A stretch of DNA of 63,990 nt, filler included, from Dehalococcoidia bacterium (GTDB lineage Bacteria > Chloroflexota > Dehalococcoidia > DSTF01 > JACRBR01): assembly GCA_041494685.1 (NCBI GenBank). It is 3 parts of 3 records of this genome, joined end to end, with 100 filler letters (N's around TTAATTAATTAA, not from the genome) between each part and the next. Parts side by side here need not be neighbours in the genome. Positions count along the whole stretch, not along the records: positions 22,795 to 44,714 come from JBGQBE010000054.1; 2 more parts are not named here. One strand, given 5' to 3'. This document shows, one piece after another, positions 30,301 to 39,405 of this stretch. Every line of letters starts with the position of its first letter. Position 1 is the first letter of the stretch. A model generated the notes under the pieces. The model saw nothing but the letters and a program-made list of their open reading frames with translations, did no database searches and was not told where the DNA came from. The position numbers and the translations under genes are program-made.

Positions 30301-30852
30301 TCACTCCGTCTCGCGCGTGACGCTGATCGCCTGCTTCTCGCGGAAGACGCGCTCGGCGCGCTCGATGTCGCGCGGGTCGGTTGAGCGGACGGCGATCCGG
30401 ATGGTGCCGCCTTCGGTGGGCTGGAAGGTCAGCCCCCAAGCGTCGCCCGTCGTAAGGGCGGCGTAGCAGCCCCAGAGGGCCCCTGCGACATGCCCGAACA
30501 TCGCCCAGCTGACGATCTGGATGAGCGGCCGATCGACGCCGGGCAGGAATCCGAAGCCGAAGTAGCTGAACAACAGCCCCAACAGCGCTCCGGCGATGCC
30601 ACCCCAGACGCCCCACCAGAAGCCGCGCCAGAGGATCCGCCACAGCATCGGCCGGTCGGCGGCGGACGTGTCGCGAGCGGCGTCGGTGGCGCGCGCTGCT
30701 GCCGCGGCACCCTCACCGCCAAGCTTGATGCGGTTCGCCTCGACGCCGCTGTACTGGAGCGCATCGATGGCGCGACGCACCTGCGCCATGTCGTCGTAGG
30801 TGGCGACGACGGCCTGCTCGGAAGGTAGAGCGCTGCCGGGCGGCGGCTTCAC
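30301..30852 (-). CDS. Hypothetical two-TM membrane protein (glycine-zipper, general-stress-like)
   Basis: VVATYDD...A.DAL soluble part plus Gly-rich TM pair. AAAGGA RBS before the GTG. Confidence 0.65.
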   Translation of the reverse strand: MKPPPGSALPSEQAVVATYDDMAQVRRAIDALQYSGVEANRIKLGGEGAAAAARATDAARDTSAADRPMLWRILWRGFWWGVWGGIAGALLGLLFSYFGFGFLPGVDRPLIQIVSWAMFGHVAGALWGCYAALTTGDAWGLTFQPTEGGTIRIAVRSTDPRDIERAERVFREKQAISVTRETE

Positions 30853-30959
30853 GGACGAGTCCTTTCGCGGCGGTCCCGTTCGTTATACGCGACGCGGTGG
30901 GCGCGCGGGATGGCCGCCCGGCCCGTCCTGTCGCCCCGCACGGCCGTTAGAATGGCGCC

Positions 30960-31871
30960 ATGGACTCGACGGACACGCACGGCTTCCTGATCATCGACAA
31001 GCCCTCGGGCGTCACCTCATTCTCGATGGTGGCCCTGGTACGGCGGCTGACCGGCGTGCGCCGCGTCGGCCACGCGGGTACGCTCGACCCGATGGCGTCG
31101 GGCGTGCTGCCGGTCGCCGTCGGGCAGGCGGCCCGCTTCATCGAGTACATGGACGACGAGTTGAAGACGTACCTGGCGCGCGTCCGCTTCGGGGCGGCGA
31201 CGGACACCTACGACGCCGAAGGGACGGTGACGGCGACAGGCGACGCGTCGAGCGTCGATGCGGCGGCCGTGGAGGCTGAGCTGGCCGCCTTCGAGGGACA
31301 TATCGAGCAGACGCCACCCGTGTACAGCGCGCTGAAAGTGGCCGGGAAGCCGCTCTACCGCTACGCGCGAGAGGGCGCGGAAGTGGCCGTGGCGTCGCGC
31401 ACGGTGTATGTCGAGCGCGCGGCGCTGCTCTCGTGCGACGCGGGCGAGGCGGAGATCGAGGTGCGCTGCGGCAAGGGGACGTACATCCGCTCGATCGCGC
31501 ACGACCTGGGGCAGCGGTTGGGCTGCGGCGCCCACCTCTCGGCGCTTCGGCGGGCGGCGACGGGCGGCTTCACGCTGGCGGACGCGCGCCGGCCGGACGA
31601 ATTGAGCGTGCTGGCGGAGGCGGGACGCCTCCTCGAGGCGCTGCTGGCGCCGGACCGGGCGGTGGAACGCCGCCCGGCGGCGATCTTTGGCGGCGATCAC
31701 AGCGTCGACGTGACGTGCGGGCGCGACGTCGCGTTCGAGGCGGCGGCGGGGCCGGATCTGTGCCGCGCATACAGCGTCGAGGGGGGCTTCCTGGGGGTGC
31801 TGCGGCGGGGCGAGGGGTGGCTGTGGCACCCCGAGAAGGTCGTTCCGGCGGCGCGGCAGGGGGCCAAATAG
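30960..31871 (+). CDS. truB: tRNA pseudouridine(55) synthase
   Basis: DKPSGVTS, GHAGTLDP, PP.YSALK and GTYIRS motifs. TAGAAT 6 nt before the ATG. Confidence 0.96.
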   Translation: MDSTDTHGFLIIDKPSGVTSFSMVALVRRLTGVRRVGHAGTLDPMASGVLPVAVGQAARFIEYMDDELKTYLARVRFGAATDTYDAEGTVTATGDASSVDAAAVEAELAAFEGHIEQTPPVYSALKVAGKPLYRYAREGAEVAVASRTVYVERAALLSCDAGEAEIEVRCGKGTYIRSIAHDLGQRLGCGAHLSALRRAATGGFTLADARRPDELSVLAEAGRLLEALLAPDRAVERRPAAIFGGDHSVDVTCGRDVAFEAAAGPDLCRAYSVEGGFLGVLRRGEGWLWHPEKVVPAARQGAK

Positions 31872-31883
31872 GCCCTTTTTCGT

Positions 31884-31952
31884 GAATCTGGCCAGATTCG
31901 GCGTCAGATTCGGCGCAGATTCGCTTGACAACGCTTCCGGGGGGTCTATCAT
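31884..31952 (+). promoter_or_regulatory. Promoter TTGACA-N16-TATCAT preceded by a palindrome and three CAGATTCG direct repeats
   Basis: GAATCTGGCCAGATTC perfect palindrome at 31884-31899. CAGATTCG at 31893, 31905 and 31916. -35 box at 31925. Confidence 0.65.
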
Positions 31953-32059
31953 TCGTTTGACCCGGTTCCGGTGCACGGAACTGCTCATCCGTACTAGCGA
32001 TAAGCGTGGGTCAGCCGCGAGGGGCGCGCAGGGCGCGTTAGCAATGGAGGAATGAACCG

Positions 32060-32203
32060 ATGGAAGCCTACTGCCTGAAGTGCCGGACGCAACGTGAGAT
32101 GTCGAACGCGGAAGCGACGACGATGAAAAACGGCAAGCCCGCCACGAAGGGCAAGTGCCCGGTCTGCGGCACAACGATGTTCAAGATCGGCAAGGCGAAG
32201 TAG
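32060..32203 (+). CDS. 47-aa basic zinc-ribbon protein (DUF5679-like); not in the ORF track
   Basis: MEAYCLKCRTQREMSNAEATTMKNGKPATKGKCPVCGTTMFKIGKAK. GGAGG RBS, two CxxC pairs. Confidence 0.88.
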   Translation: MEAYCLKCRTQREMSNAEATTMKNGKPATKGKCPVCGTTMFKIGKAK

Positions 32204-32230
32204 CTCGCCGCCGTTCACGAAGTTGCAGAA

Positions 32231-32264
32231 GAGAGAAGGGGCGACGCAAGTCGCCCCTTCTCTC
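32231..32264. terminator. Perfect 15-bp hairpin with GCAA loop, probably a bidirectional terminator
   Basis: GAGAGAAGGGGCGAC-GCAA-GTCGCCCCTTCTCTC between convergent genes. Confidence 0.8.
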
Positions 32265-32328
32265 GTGTGTCGAAGTGTCCACGCACGTCTGGCCGAATGT
32301 TACAGGCGGGCGTTGTCCAGCGACAGAT

Positions 32329-33183
32329 CTACACGCCGGTGCGCGCCATCTGGCGCAGGCGCGCGATGCGTTCTTCGATCGGCGGGTGCGTGCTGAACAG
32401 CCCCGAGAAGTTCTGACCCTTCAAGCCTGCCAGCGGGTTCACGATGTACATGTGCGCCGCGGCCGGATTCACCTGCATCGGCCGCATGGCCACGCCCTGC
32501 TCCAGCTTCGCCAGCGCGTCGGCGAGCGCGTCCGGGTCGTGCGTGGTCTTCGCGCCGGTGCGGTCGGCTTCGTACTCGCGTGTGCGGGAGATGGAAAGCT
32601 GCACGATGCTCGCCGCGATCGGCATCAGGATGATCGCCGCCAGCGCCAGGAGGGCGTTGTCGTTGTTGCGCCGCCCGCCGAACATCATGCCGAACATCAT
32701 GCTGTGGGTGACCCAGGCGATGGCGCCGGCCAGCATGGCGGCGACGGCGCCGATGAGGATGTCGCGGTTGCCGACGTGGCCCAACTCGTGGGCGATGACG
32801 CCCTTCATCTCGCGGTCGTCCAGCAGGCTGAGGATGCCCGTCGTCGCGGCGACGACGGCGTGCTGCGGGTTACGGCCCGTCGCGAACGCGTTGGGCGACG
32901 GGTTGTCGACGATGTAGACCTTCGGTTTCGGCAGGCTCGTCAGGGAGGTCACCTCTTCGACGATCCGGTGCAGGCGGGGCGCCTCTTCGGGCGACACCTC
33001 CCGCGCGCCCGCCATGCGGAGCGCCAGCGAGTCGGACTTCCAGTAGGCGAAGAAGTTGAACGCGCCCGCGAGCAGCACGAAGATGATCAGCCCGGGCAGT
33101 CCCCCCAGGAACAGGTAGCCCAGTGCTCCCAGGAGCCCTGTGAGCACCCCCATGAGCAGCAGAGTCTTTCCAGTTGCGGCCAT
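32329..33183 (-). CDS. htpX: Zinc metalloprotease HtpX
   Basis: PNAFATGRNP, HELGH, SRTREYEAD and FSTHPP motifs. Start ATG 33183. Confidence 0.95.
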   Translation of the reverse strand: MAATGKTLLLMGVLTGLLGALGYLFLGGLPGLIIFVLLAGAFNFFAYWKSDSLALRMAGAREVSPEEAPRLHRIVEEVTSLTSLPKPKVYIVDNPSPNAFATGRNPQHAVVAATTGILSLLDDREMKGVIAHELGHVGNRDILIGAVAAMLAGAIAWVTHSMMFGMMFGGRRNNDNALLALAAIILMPIAASIVQLSISRTREYEADRTGAKTTHDPDALADALAKLEQGVAMRPMQVNPAAAHMYIVNPLAGLKGQNFSGLFSTHPPIEERIARLRQMARTGV

Positions 33184-33379
33184 CTCGTATCTTCCTTCTT
33201 TCCTTCGTCGCCGGGTGGTCCACCCGGCGCTCAGGTTCAGTCTAACAGGTTCCCGGGAAGCCAGATGTGAACAACCTGCAACGCCGCGGGCGGCCCGCGA
33301 CGCCGGGGGGGCGCCGCGGGGGCGCCGCGGCGATCGTGGTACGATGCGGCCGGTAGTTCCTGCGCGGAAAGGAGGGCAG

Positions 33380-34285
33380 ATGCAAGGGGCAGGGACAGGT
33401 GAAGTAGGCCTGTTTATCGATCTTGAAAACATCCGGTATAGCTTCTTGAACGTGTATCAGATTGAACCAAACGTCTCAGCTTTTATCGAGAAGGCAAGGA
33501 AACACGGCCGCGTATCCGTCGCGATGGCGTATGCCGACTTCAACGAGCACCCGCAATGGGTGCGCCGCGGGCTCGACATCGCCGGGATCGCCGCGCGCGA
33601 CATCCCCGTGCGGCGATTCGTCCGCGACGGACAGGAGCGGCTCAAGAGTTCCGCTGACCTGCACATGCTGATGGACATCATGGAGACGGCGCTGGACCGG
33701 CCGCAGGTCAGCACCTACGTGCTGATGACCGGCGACTCCGACTATATTCGCGTGGTCACCTGGATCAAGAACCGCTTCGAGAAGCGGGTCATCGTGTCCG
33801 GTGTGCCCGGCACGATCAGCCAGGACCTCGTGGCGGCTGCCGGCGAGTCGGACCACCTGGAAGCGGGGCAGGGCGTTACGACCGACGCGCTGCTCAGCTG
33901 CGTCGGGGCGGTGGCGCTCATGATGAAGCTGGCGACGCCCCCGACGGGATTCTGGACGATCAAGCTCATCGACCAGTGGTCGCGCGACAGCCGGAACGGC
34001 GTGCCGGGCAGCGATCCCGACAAATCGAACGCGATCTCGTACATGCTGAGGAACGGCCTGATGCGGCGGTACAAGACCGTCACCGATATCCGCGAGGTGA
34101 CGATCAGCGAGCTGAACGAGCTGCACCCCATGGTGCGGCAGTTCCTCGTCAGCGCGGGCTTGGAGCTCGACGCGCTGCCGGCGCGCTGCCAGTATTGCCA
34201 GGTCCGCAATCCGGGCGAGGTTCAGACCTGCGTCGAGTGCGGCGGGACGCTGGAGCCGCCGCCAACGATAGAGACGCCAGAGTAA
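33380..34285 (+). CDS. NYN (LabA/DUF88, PIN-like) domain protein with C-terminal zinc ribbon
   Basis: FIDLENI, KSSADLHMLMD and LMTGDSDY motifs, plus CQYC...CVECG. GGAGG RBS before ATG 33380. Confidence 0.85.
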   Translation: MQGAGTGEVGLFIDLENIRYSFLNVYQIEPNVSAFIEKARKHGRVSVAMAYADFNEHPQWVRRGLDIAGIAARDIPVRRFVRDGQERLKSSADLHMLMDIMETALDRPQVSTYVLMTGDSDYIRVVTWIKNRFEKRVIVSGVPGTISQDLVAAAGESDHLEAGQGVTTDALLSCVGAVALMMKLATPPTGFWTIKLIDQWSRDSRNGVPGSDPDKSNAISYMLRNGLMRRYKTVTDIREVTISELNELHPMVRQFLVSAGLELDALPARCQYCQVRNPGEVQTCVECGGTLEPPPTIETPE

Positions 34286-34310
34286 ATAGAGATGCGGCAC
34301 AGGACTACCG

Positions 34311-34336
34311 CAGGGGCCGCGCGAGCGCGGCCCCTG
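34311..34336. terminator. 11-bp GC hairpin between convergent genes
   Basis: CAGGGGCCGCG-cgag-CGCGGCCCCTG. Confidence 0.6.
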
Positions 34337-34357
34337 ATCACGTCCGCGAGATGACGG

Positions 34358-36547
34358 TCACCGATCGAAGCGGCGGCGGCGCGGCAGGGGAGTCGGCGCG
34401 TTGTCGGGCGCGGCGCCGGGCGCGCGCAGCGGCAGGCGGAGCATGCGGCGGCGCGTCTCCATCGCCGTCGGCTCCGGGTACTGGACGCGCGGGTGGTACA
34501 CGGCGCGCATCGTCGACTTGAACGACTCGGCGATCGTGCGCAGGTCGCGCAGCGTCAAGTCGCTGTCATCGAGTTGTCCCTCCGAGACGCGCTCGGCGAT
34601 GACCTCGTCCACGAGCTGGTTGATGCGCTCCGTCGAGCGGTCCGCGCTCGCGCGCACGACGGCTTCCGTCGAGTCGGCGAGCATGACGATCGCCGTCTCC
34701 TTCGACTGCGGCCGCGGGCCGGGGTACTGGAACGCCGCAGGGTCGACGCCTGGGTCCGATTCCGCAGCCTTGCGATAGAAGTACGCGACGAGTCGCGTAC
34801 CGTGGTGCTCCGGGATGAACGCTTGCACGCGCGCGGGCAGCCGCGCGCGTCGCGCCAGCTCGACGCCGCCCCGCACGTGCTGCTGGATGACGTCGGCGCT
34901 CTCCAGCGGCGTCATGGCGTCGTGCGGCGTTTCCGCGCCCTGGATGTTCTCGATGTACATGCCCGGTTGCAACACCTTGCCGATGTCGTGGTAGTAGCAG
35001 CCGACGCGGGTAAGCAGCGCGTCGGCGCCCACCAGGTCGGCCGCGCGCTCGGCCAGGTTGCCGACGATGATGCTGTGGTGGAAGGTGCCGGGCGCCTCGT
35101 CCTGCAGGCGGCGCAGCAGCGGCGCGTTGAGCTGCGACAGCTCCATGAGCTGGAGCCGCGTCGTCACGCCGAAGAGCACGCCGACGGTGACAAACACGCC
35201 CGCGGCGAGCACGCCCGAGCTGGTGCCGCTCATGAAGGCCGAGAAGGCCATCCAACCGAGGTCGCCGGTGCTCCGGTCGCCGTCGATGAACCAGGTTGCG
35301 AGCAGCAGCAGGAACGACGTGAGGGCGACGGCGAGGCCGGCGGTGAGGTAGCGGTTCAGCCGGTCGGCGCGGTGCACCAGGAAAATGCCCGCCAGCGGCG
35401 CGACGCCGTAGACGAGCGCCAGCCGCTGCGTGTCGAGCGGGCCGACCGAGGCCACGAGCGACACGTCCGGCAGGAACACGCTGATGAACGCGATGAGCAT
35501 GCCAATGAGCGCCGCGATCACGACGGCGACGTCGGTCTCCAGCAGCGCCGCGATCAGGATCGGCGCGGTCGCGACGGGGAGGATGAAGGCGAGAAAGTGG
35601 CGCTGCTCATCCGGCAGCACGAGCGGGAGGTAGAACTTCGCGACGAGCAGCGGCAGCGCCATCACCATCGCCAGCGCGATCATGTGCCGTTCCGACGTGA
35701 TGCCGCGCGGCTGCAACACCAGCAGATAGCCGGCGATCGCCGCGGATGCTACCGCTGCCAGAAGCGCCGCGGCGACGATGTTGCGCCATTCCACGGCGTT
35801 CGAAGACAGGCCTACCGCGTGCAGCTTCTCCACCGCGACCTCGTCGACCGGCGTGTCGGCCGCGAGGATGACGTCGCCTTTCTGCACGCTGATGCGCACC
35901 GGCGGCACCGCGGCGCGCGCAGTCGTGCGCGCCTGGTCGGTCTTCGCCTGGTCCACGGTCAGCGTCGAGACGATGAGCGGCCGCACCAGTTCGGCCGCCA
36001 GCAGCGCTTCGTCCGCGACGAACTCCGGCGCGATCTGCGAGTCAACGCTGTCCTTGGCGCTCTTCACGCTCGCATCGTCCAGCGAGACGCTCAGCGCCTG
36101 CTGCAGCACACGCCGACCTTCCGCTGCCACGGCCTGCCAGCGGTCGTTCGGCAGCGCCAGCACCGTGTCGATGCTCCGCGACGAGAGCTGGAGCGCGGAC
36201 AGCGCATCGCGCTTGCGAGCCGCGTCGGTCTGCGCGCGGATCTGCGCCACCTGCGCCGTCGCCTGGTCGTACGCCGCCAGTTGCTTCGATTTCACGGAGG
36301 CGTCATAGACCAGCGAGTCGGGCACCGCCTTCGCCGCGTCGTCCCGCTTCTGCTGCGTCAGGGAGGCGCTCTCGAAGGAGGCATTGCGCGGCGCCTTGAC
36401 CGTACGCGAAGCCGTGTCGCCGACGCGGACGTGGAACTGGCGCGGGAAGATGGGGAAGAGCGCGATGAGCAGCAGCGCGCCGAGTGCGACGCCAAAGGCG
36501 ACGGCCGTGACGAACGAGATCGGACGAGACTTGCCGCGGCTGAGCAT
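34358..36547 (-). CDS. 7TM-HD phosphohydrolase (PgpH-like cyclic-di-AMP phosphodiesterase)
   Basis: Extracellular domain, multi-TM region, then APGTFHHS, YYHDIGK, EHHGT, YPGPRPQSKE and MLADS motifs. Confidence 0.9.
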   Translation of the reverse strand: MLSRGKSRPISFVTAVAFGVALGALLLIALFPIFPRQFHVRVGDTASRTVKAPRNASFESASLTQQKRDDAAKAVPDSLVYDASVKSKQLAAYDQATAQVAQIRAQTDAARKRDALSALQLSSRSIDTVLALPNDRWQAVAAEGRRVLQQALSVSLDDASVKSAKDSVDSQIAPEFVADEALLAAELVRPLIVSTLTVDQAKTDQARTTARAAVPPVRISVQKGDVILAADTPVDEVAVEKLHAVGLSSNAVEWRNIVAAALLAAVASAAIAGYLLVLQPRGITSERHMIALAMVMALPLLVAKFYLPLVLPDEQRHFLAFILPVATAPILIAALLETDVAVVIAALIGMLIAFISVFLPDVSLVASVGPLDTQRLALVYGVAPLAGIFLVHRADRLNRYLTAGLAVALTSFLLLLATWFIDGDRSTGDLGWMAFSAFMSGTSSGVLAAGVFVTVGVLFGVTTRLQLMELSQLNAPLLRRLQDEAPGTFHHSIIVGNLAERAADLVGADALLTRVGCYYHDIGKVLQPGMYIENIQGAETPHDAMTPLESADVIQQHVRGGVELARRARLPARVQAFIPEHHGTRLVAYFYRKAAESDPGVDPAAFQYPGPRPQSKETAIVMLADSTEAVVRASADRSTERINQLVDEVIAERVSEGQLDDSDLTLRDLRTIAESFKSTMRAVYHPRVQYPEPTAMETRRRMLRLPLRAPGAAPDNAPTPLPRRRRFDR

Positions 36548-36590
36548 GGGTGTACCTTCCGCCCGCATGATATCAGGGGCGGAAGCCGGG

Positions 36591-37139
36591 TCAGGCCGCG
36601 GTGCGCGCGACCTGGACTACGTCGGGCGCCAGCCGGCGCATGTGTACCAGAAAGGCCTCGTACTCCCGCACGCCGAGCCAGAAGCGCTGGATCTCCAGCT
36701 TGCGCGGCCACAGCTTCACCGGCACCGGCTTCGCCAGCTCGATCTCGATCAGGCGGCCGCCGTGGCTGCAGCACACGCGCTCGCGGAAGTTCGTGCTGAG
36801 GCCGATGCCGTAGCGCCAGTGCGGCCGCGGGTCGATCGGCGCCATCCGCACGATGTCCGCGACCGGGATCGTGGCGTTGAAGAAGGACTCGAACCGGATG
36901 CGCAGCTCGTCCCCGTCCAGGTCGGCGTAGCTGTCATCGACCGTCACCGCGAAGACGCTGGCAAGCACGACGAAGAACGCCAGCACCGCGAAGCCGAACA
37001 GCGCGCGCTCGATGTCGCTCGCTGTGCCCCCCAGCGCGGGGTACAGCGTGAAGATGGCGAACGCGGTTAGCGCTACGATGAGCGTCTTCAGCGGCGCCCG
37101 GAACCAGATCGCGTCAGAGAAGTGGTAGCGCTCAGTCAA
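36591..37139 (-). CDS. Hypothetical membrane protein (2 TM plus PH-like domain)
   Basis: Inferred TTG start (LTERYHF...) after GGGAG. Two hydrophobic helices, then a beta-rich domain. Confidence 0.6.
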   Translation of the reverse strand: MTERYHFSDAIWFRAPLKTLIVALTAFAIFTLYPALGGTASDIERALFGFAVLAFFVVLASVFAVTVDDSYADLDGDELRIRFESFFNATIPVADIVRMAPIDPRPHWRYGIGLSTNFRERVCCSHGGRLIEIELAKPVPVKLWPRKLEIQRFWLGVREYEAFLVHMRRLAPDVVQVARTAA

Positions 37140-37282
37140 TGGGAGCTCCCGCGGATGCTGTGCGGCCGGCGCGGCGTCGCGCCACCCTCGGGCCCGGCGG
37201 GGGCAGAGCCCGAAGGCGGCGCTTCGGGGGAAGTGTCGGCCTGGCGGCTCGCCGGGAGCAGAGGGATGGCACCCAGAATGGG

Positions 37283-38635
37283 CTACAGGCCGCTCACCAT
37301 CAGCTTCGACATGCGGATCGTCGGGGCGGCGCTGCCGGCGAACCAGCGCACGTCGCTGCCGACCGCGTCGACATCGAGCAGCATCTGCTTGAGGTTGCCG
37401 GAGACGTTGATCTCGACCACCGGATACGCCAGCTCGCCGCGCTCGATCCATACGCCCGCAGCGCCGCGCGAGAAGTCGCCCGTCGTCTGATTCACTCCGA
37501 AGCCCATGAGGTCGGTGAGGTACAGCCCATCGTCCACGGAGGCGATGATCTGGGCCGGGTCGCTGACGCCGGCCTCCCAGATGCGGTTGCCGCCGCCGAT
37601 CGTGATGCTGTCGCCCGCCCGCGCCGCGTTGCCGGTGGTGCGCCGGCCAGTGCGGCGCGCGTAGTAGCTGTCGAAGAGAAACTGCTCGAAGACGCCGCCC
37701 TGCACGATCGCGTTGCGCCGTGCGCGTACGCCTTCGCCGTCGAACGGCCGCGAGCCGAGCTGGCCCGGCAGCGTCGGGTCGTCGGCGATGCTGACGAGCG
37801 CCGATGCGGCCCGCTTGCCCTCGAAGTCGGCGAGGAACGTCGAGCGCTTGAACAGCGACTCGCCGCTCGCCGCGCCCGTGACCACACCAAGCAGCCCCGC
37901 CGTCATCGCCGGATCCCACACCACCGGCACTTCGCGCGTCGCGACCTTGCGCCCGCCCAGTTTGCGCACCACCCGCGACGCCGCCTGCCGTCCCACATCC
38001 TCCGGTCGCGCCAGCCGGTGGAACATCCGCTCGGCGCTGAACCAGTAGTCGCTCTGCTTCTTGCCGTCCGCCTCGTCGGCGATCACCGAGACCGAGAAGC
38101 TGGCGGCCGTGTACGGATACATGCCGGCGAAGCCCAGGCTGTTCGCCAGCACCAGGTGACCGCGCTCCGCGCCGAACTCCGCGCCCTCCGAGTTCGTGAT
38201 GCGCGGATCGAAGTCGAACGCCGCCTGCTCGGCTCGCAGCACGATGTCCTTCATCTCGTCGACGGTCAGCGACTCGATGCGCTCGTCGTAGAGCTGCAGC
38301 AGCGAGCCCATGTCACCCGCCAGGTCTTCTCTTGCGGGCAGCCCGGCGTACTCGTCCGGCTCGCTGATCGACGCGAGCTCGACGGTCGTGCGCACCATCT
38401 CGTCGAGCGCGCGAGGCGTGAAATCGGACGTATTGCAGACCGCCGTGCGATTCTGCTTGATGACGCGGATCGAGACGGCGCGCGAGCCCGCCTCGAACAG
38501 CTTCTCGACCTCGCCCTTGCGCACCGTGACGGTCGACTCGATGCCGCTGACCAAGTACGCGTCGGCCTCGTCCGCGCCGAGCTTCCGCGCCTTCTCGACG
38601 ATGTCGCTCGCGATCGACAGCAGATCTTCGTTCAT
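37283..38635 (-). CDS. pmbA: TldE/PmbA metalloprotease subunit
   Basis: SRPFDGEG, TTGNA, GVNQTTGDFSRGAAG motifs. Lacks HEXXXH. Confidence 0.92.
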   Translation of the reverse strand: MNEDLLSIASDIVEKARKLGADEADAYLVSGIESTVTVRKGEVEKLFEAGSRAVSIRVIKQNRTAVCNTSDFTPRALDEMVRTTVELASISEPDEYAGLPAREDLAGDMGSLLQLYDERIESLTVDEMKDIVLRAEQAAFDFDPRITNSEGAEFGAERGHLVLANSLGFAGMYPYTAASFSVSVIADEADGKKQSDYWFSAERMFHRLARPEDVGRQAASRVVRKLGGRKVATREVPVVWDPAMTAGLLGVVTGAASGESLFKRSTFLADFEGKRAASALVSIADDPTLPGQLGSRPFDGEGVRARRNAIVQGGVFEQFLFDSYYARRTGRRTTGNAARAGDSITIGGGNRIWEAGVSDPAQIIASVDDGLYLTDLMGFGVNQTTGDFSRGAAGVWIERGELAYPVVEINVSGNLKQMLLDVDAVGSDVRWFAGSAAPTIRMSKLMVSGL

Positions 38636-38647
38636 GACACCTCGGGG

Positions 38648-39220
38648 CTAGCGCAGAGGCGCCGGCACGACCCGCAGGACGATCGTGCGGTCCAGCCATG
38701 CCAGCGCCGGCCGCGCGAAGCGCAGCGCCAGCACGATGATGACGCCGATCGCGGCGCCTGCCGCGACGTCGGCGGGGTAGTGTATGCCCACATACACGCG
38801 CGAGAACGCGACCAGCGCCGCCAGCGCCAGCAGCACGCCGCCGACGCGCTGCCGGTAGACGCCGATGCCGGCGGCCATCGCGAACGCGGCCGTGGAGTGC
38901 TCCGAGGGGAACGACGGGTCGGCGCTGTGGTTCAGCAGCAGCACGACGTCGCCGTGCCGGAGCACAAACGGGCGCTGGTGCACGTACACGTGCTGGATCG
39001 CCTGCGCGACGAGCACGCCGATCGCCGCCGCCGCGATCGCTGTGTAGACGGCGATGCGACGGTCCGCGCTGTTGCCAGCGCGCGCGAACCACGAGAGGGC
39101 GACGATCGCGACGATAGCGAAGAGGGCGTACTGCGCCGCCCACGTCATGGCATGGTCAGCCAGCGAGACGTGGCCCGCCAGGTCGTTGATGCCGTCGAAG
39201 AGTTGACCGTTCAGATGCAA
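38648..39220 (-). CDS. PAP2-family undecaprenyl-diphosphatase (BcrC-like)
   Basis: RPF, SFPSEH and SRVYVGIHYPAD motifs. Confidence 0.88.
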   Translation of the reverse strand: MHLNGQLFDGINDLAGHVSLADHAMTWAAQYALFAIVAIVALSWFARAGNSADRRIAVYTAIAAAAIGVLVAQAIQHVYVHQRPFVLRHGDVVLLLNHSADPSFPSEHSTAAFAMAAGIGVYRQRVGGVLLALAALVAFSRVYVGIHYPADVAAGAAIGVIIVLALRFARPALAWLDRTIVLRVVPAPLR

Positions 39221-39241
39221 GCGGTAATCAGGTCCGGCGCG

Positions 39242-39340
39242 CTAGGCGCCGAACTCGTGCTCCTCGTGCCCGTGGCCGAACTTCGAGTACGCGAAGGCGG
39301 CGATGGCGATGATGGCGATGAGAATCAGCAGTTTCTTCAT
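39242..39340 (-). CDS. 32-aa single-TM peptide with His/Glu-rich tail
   Basis: MKKLLILIAIIAIAAFAYSKFGHGHEEHEFGA. AAAGGA RBS, GC3-biased codons. Confidence 0.7.
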   Translation of the reverse strand: MKKLLILIAIIAIAAFAYSKFGHGHEEHEFGA

Positions 39341-39405
39341 GACTGAATCCTTTCCGGGGTCCCTTGTTCCCTGTGGGCGCGCTTCGGCGCGCGCATTCCC
39401 TTGGA

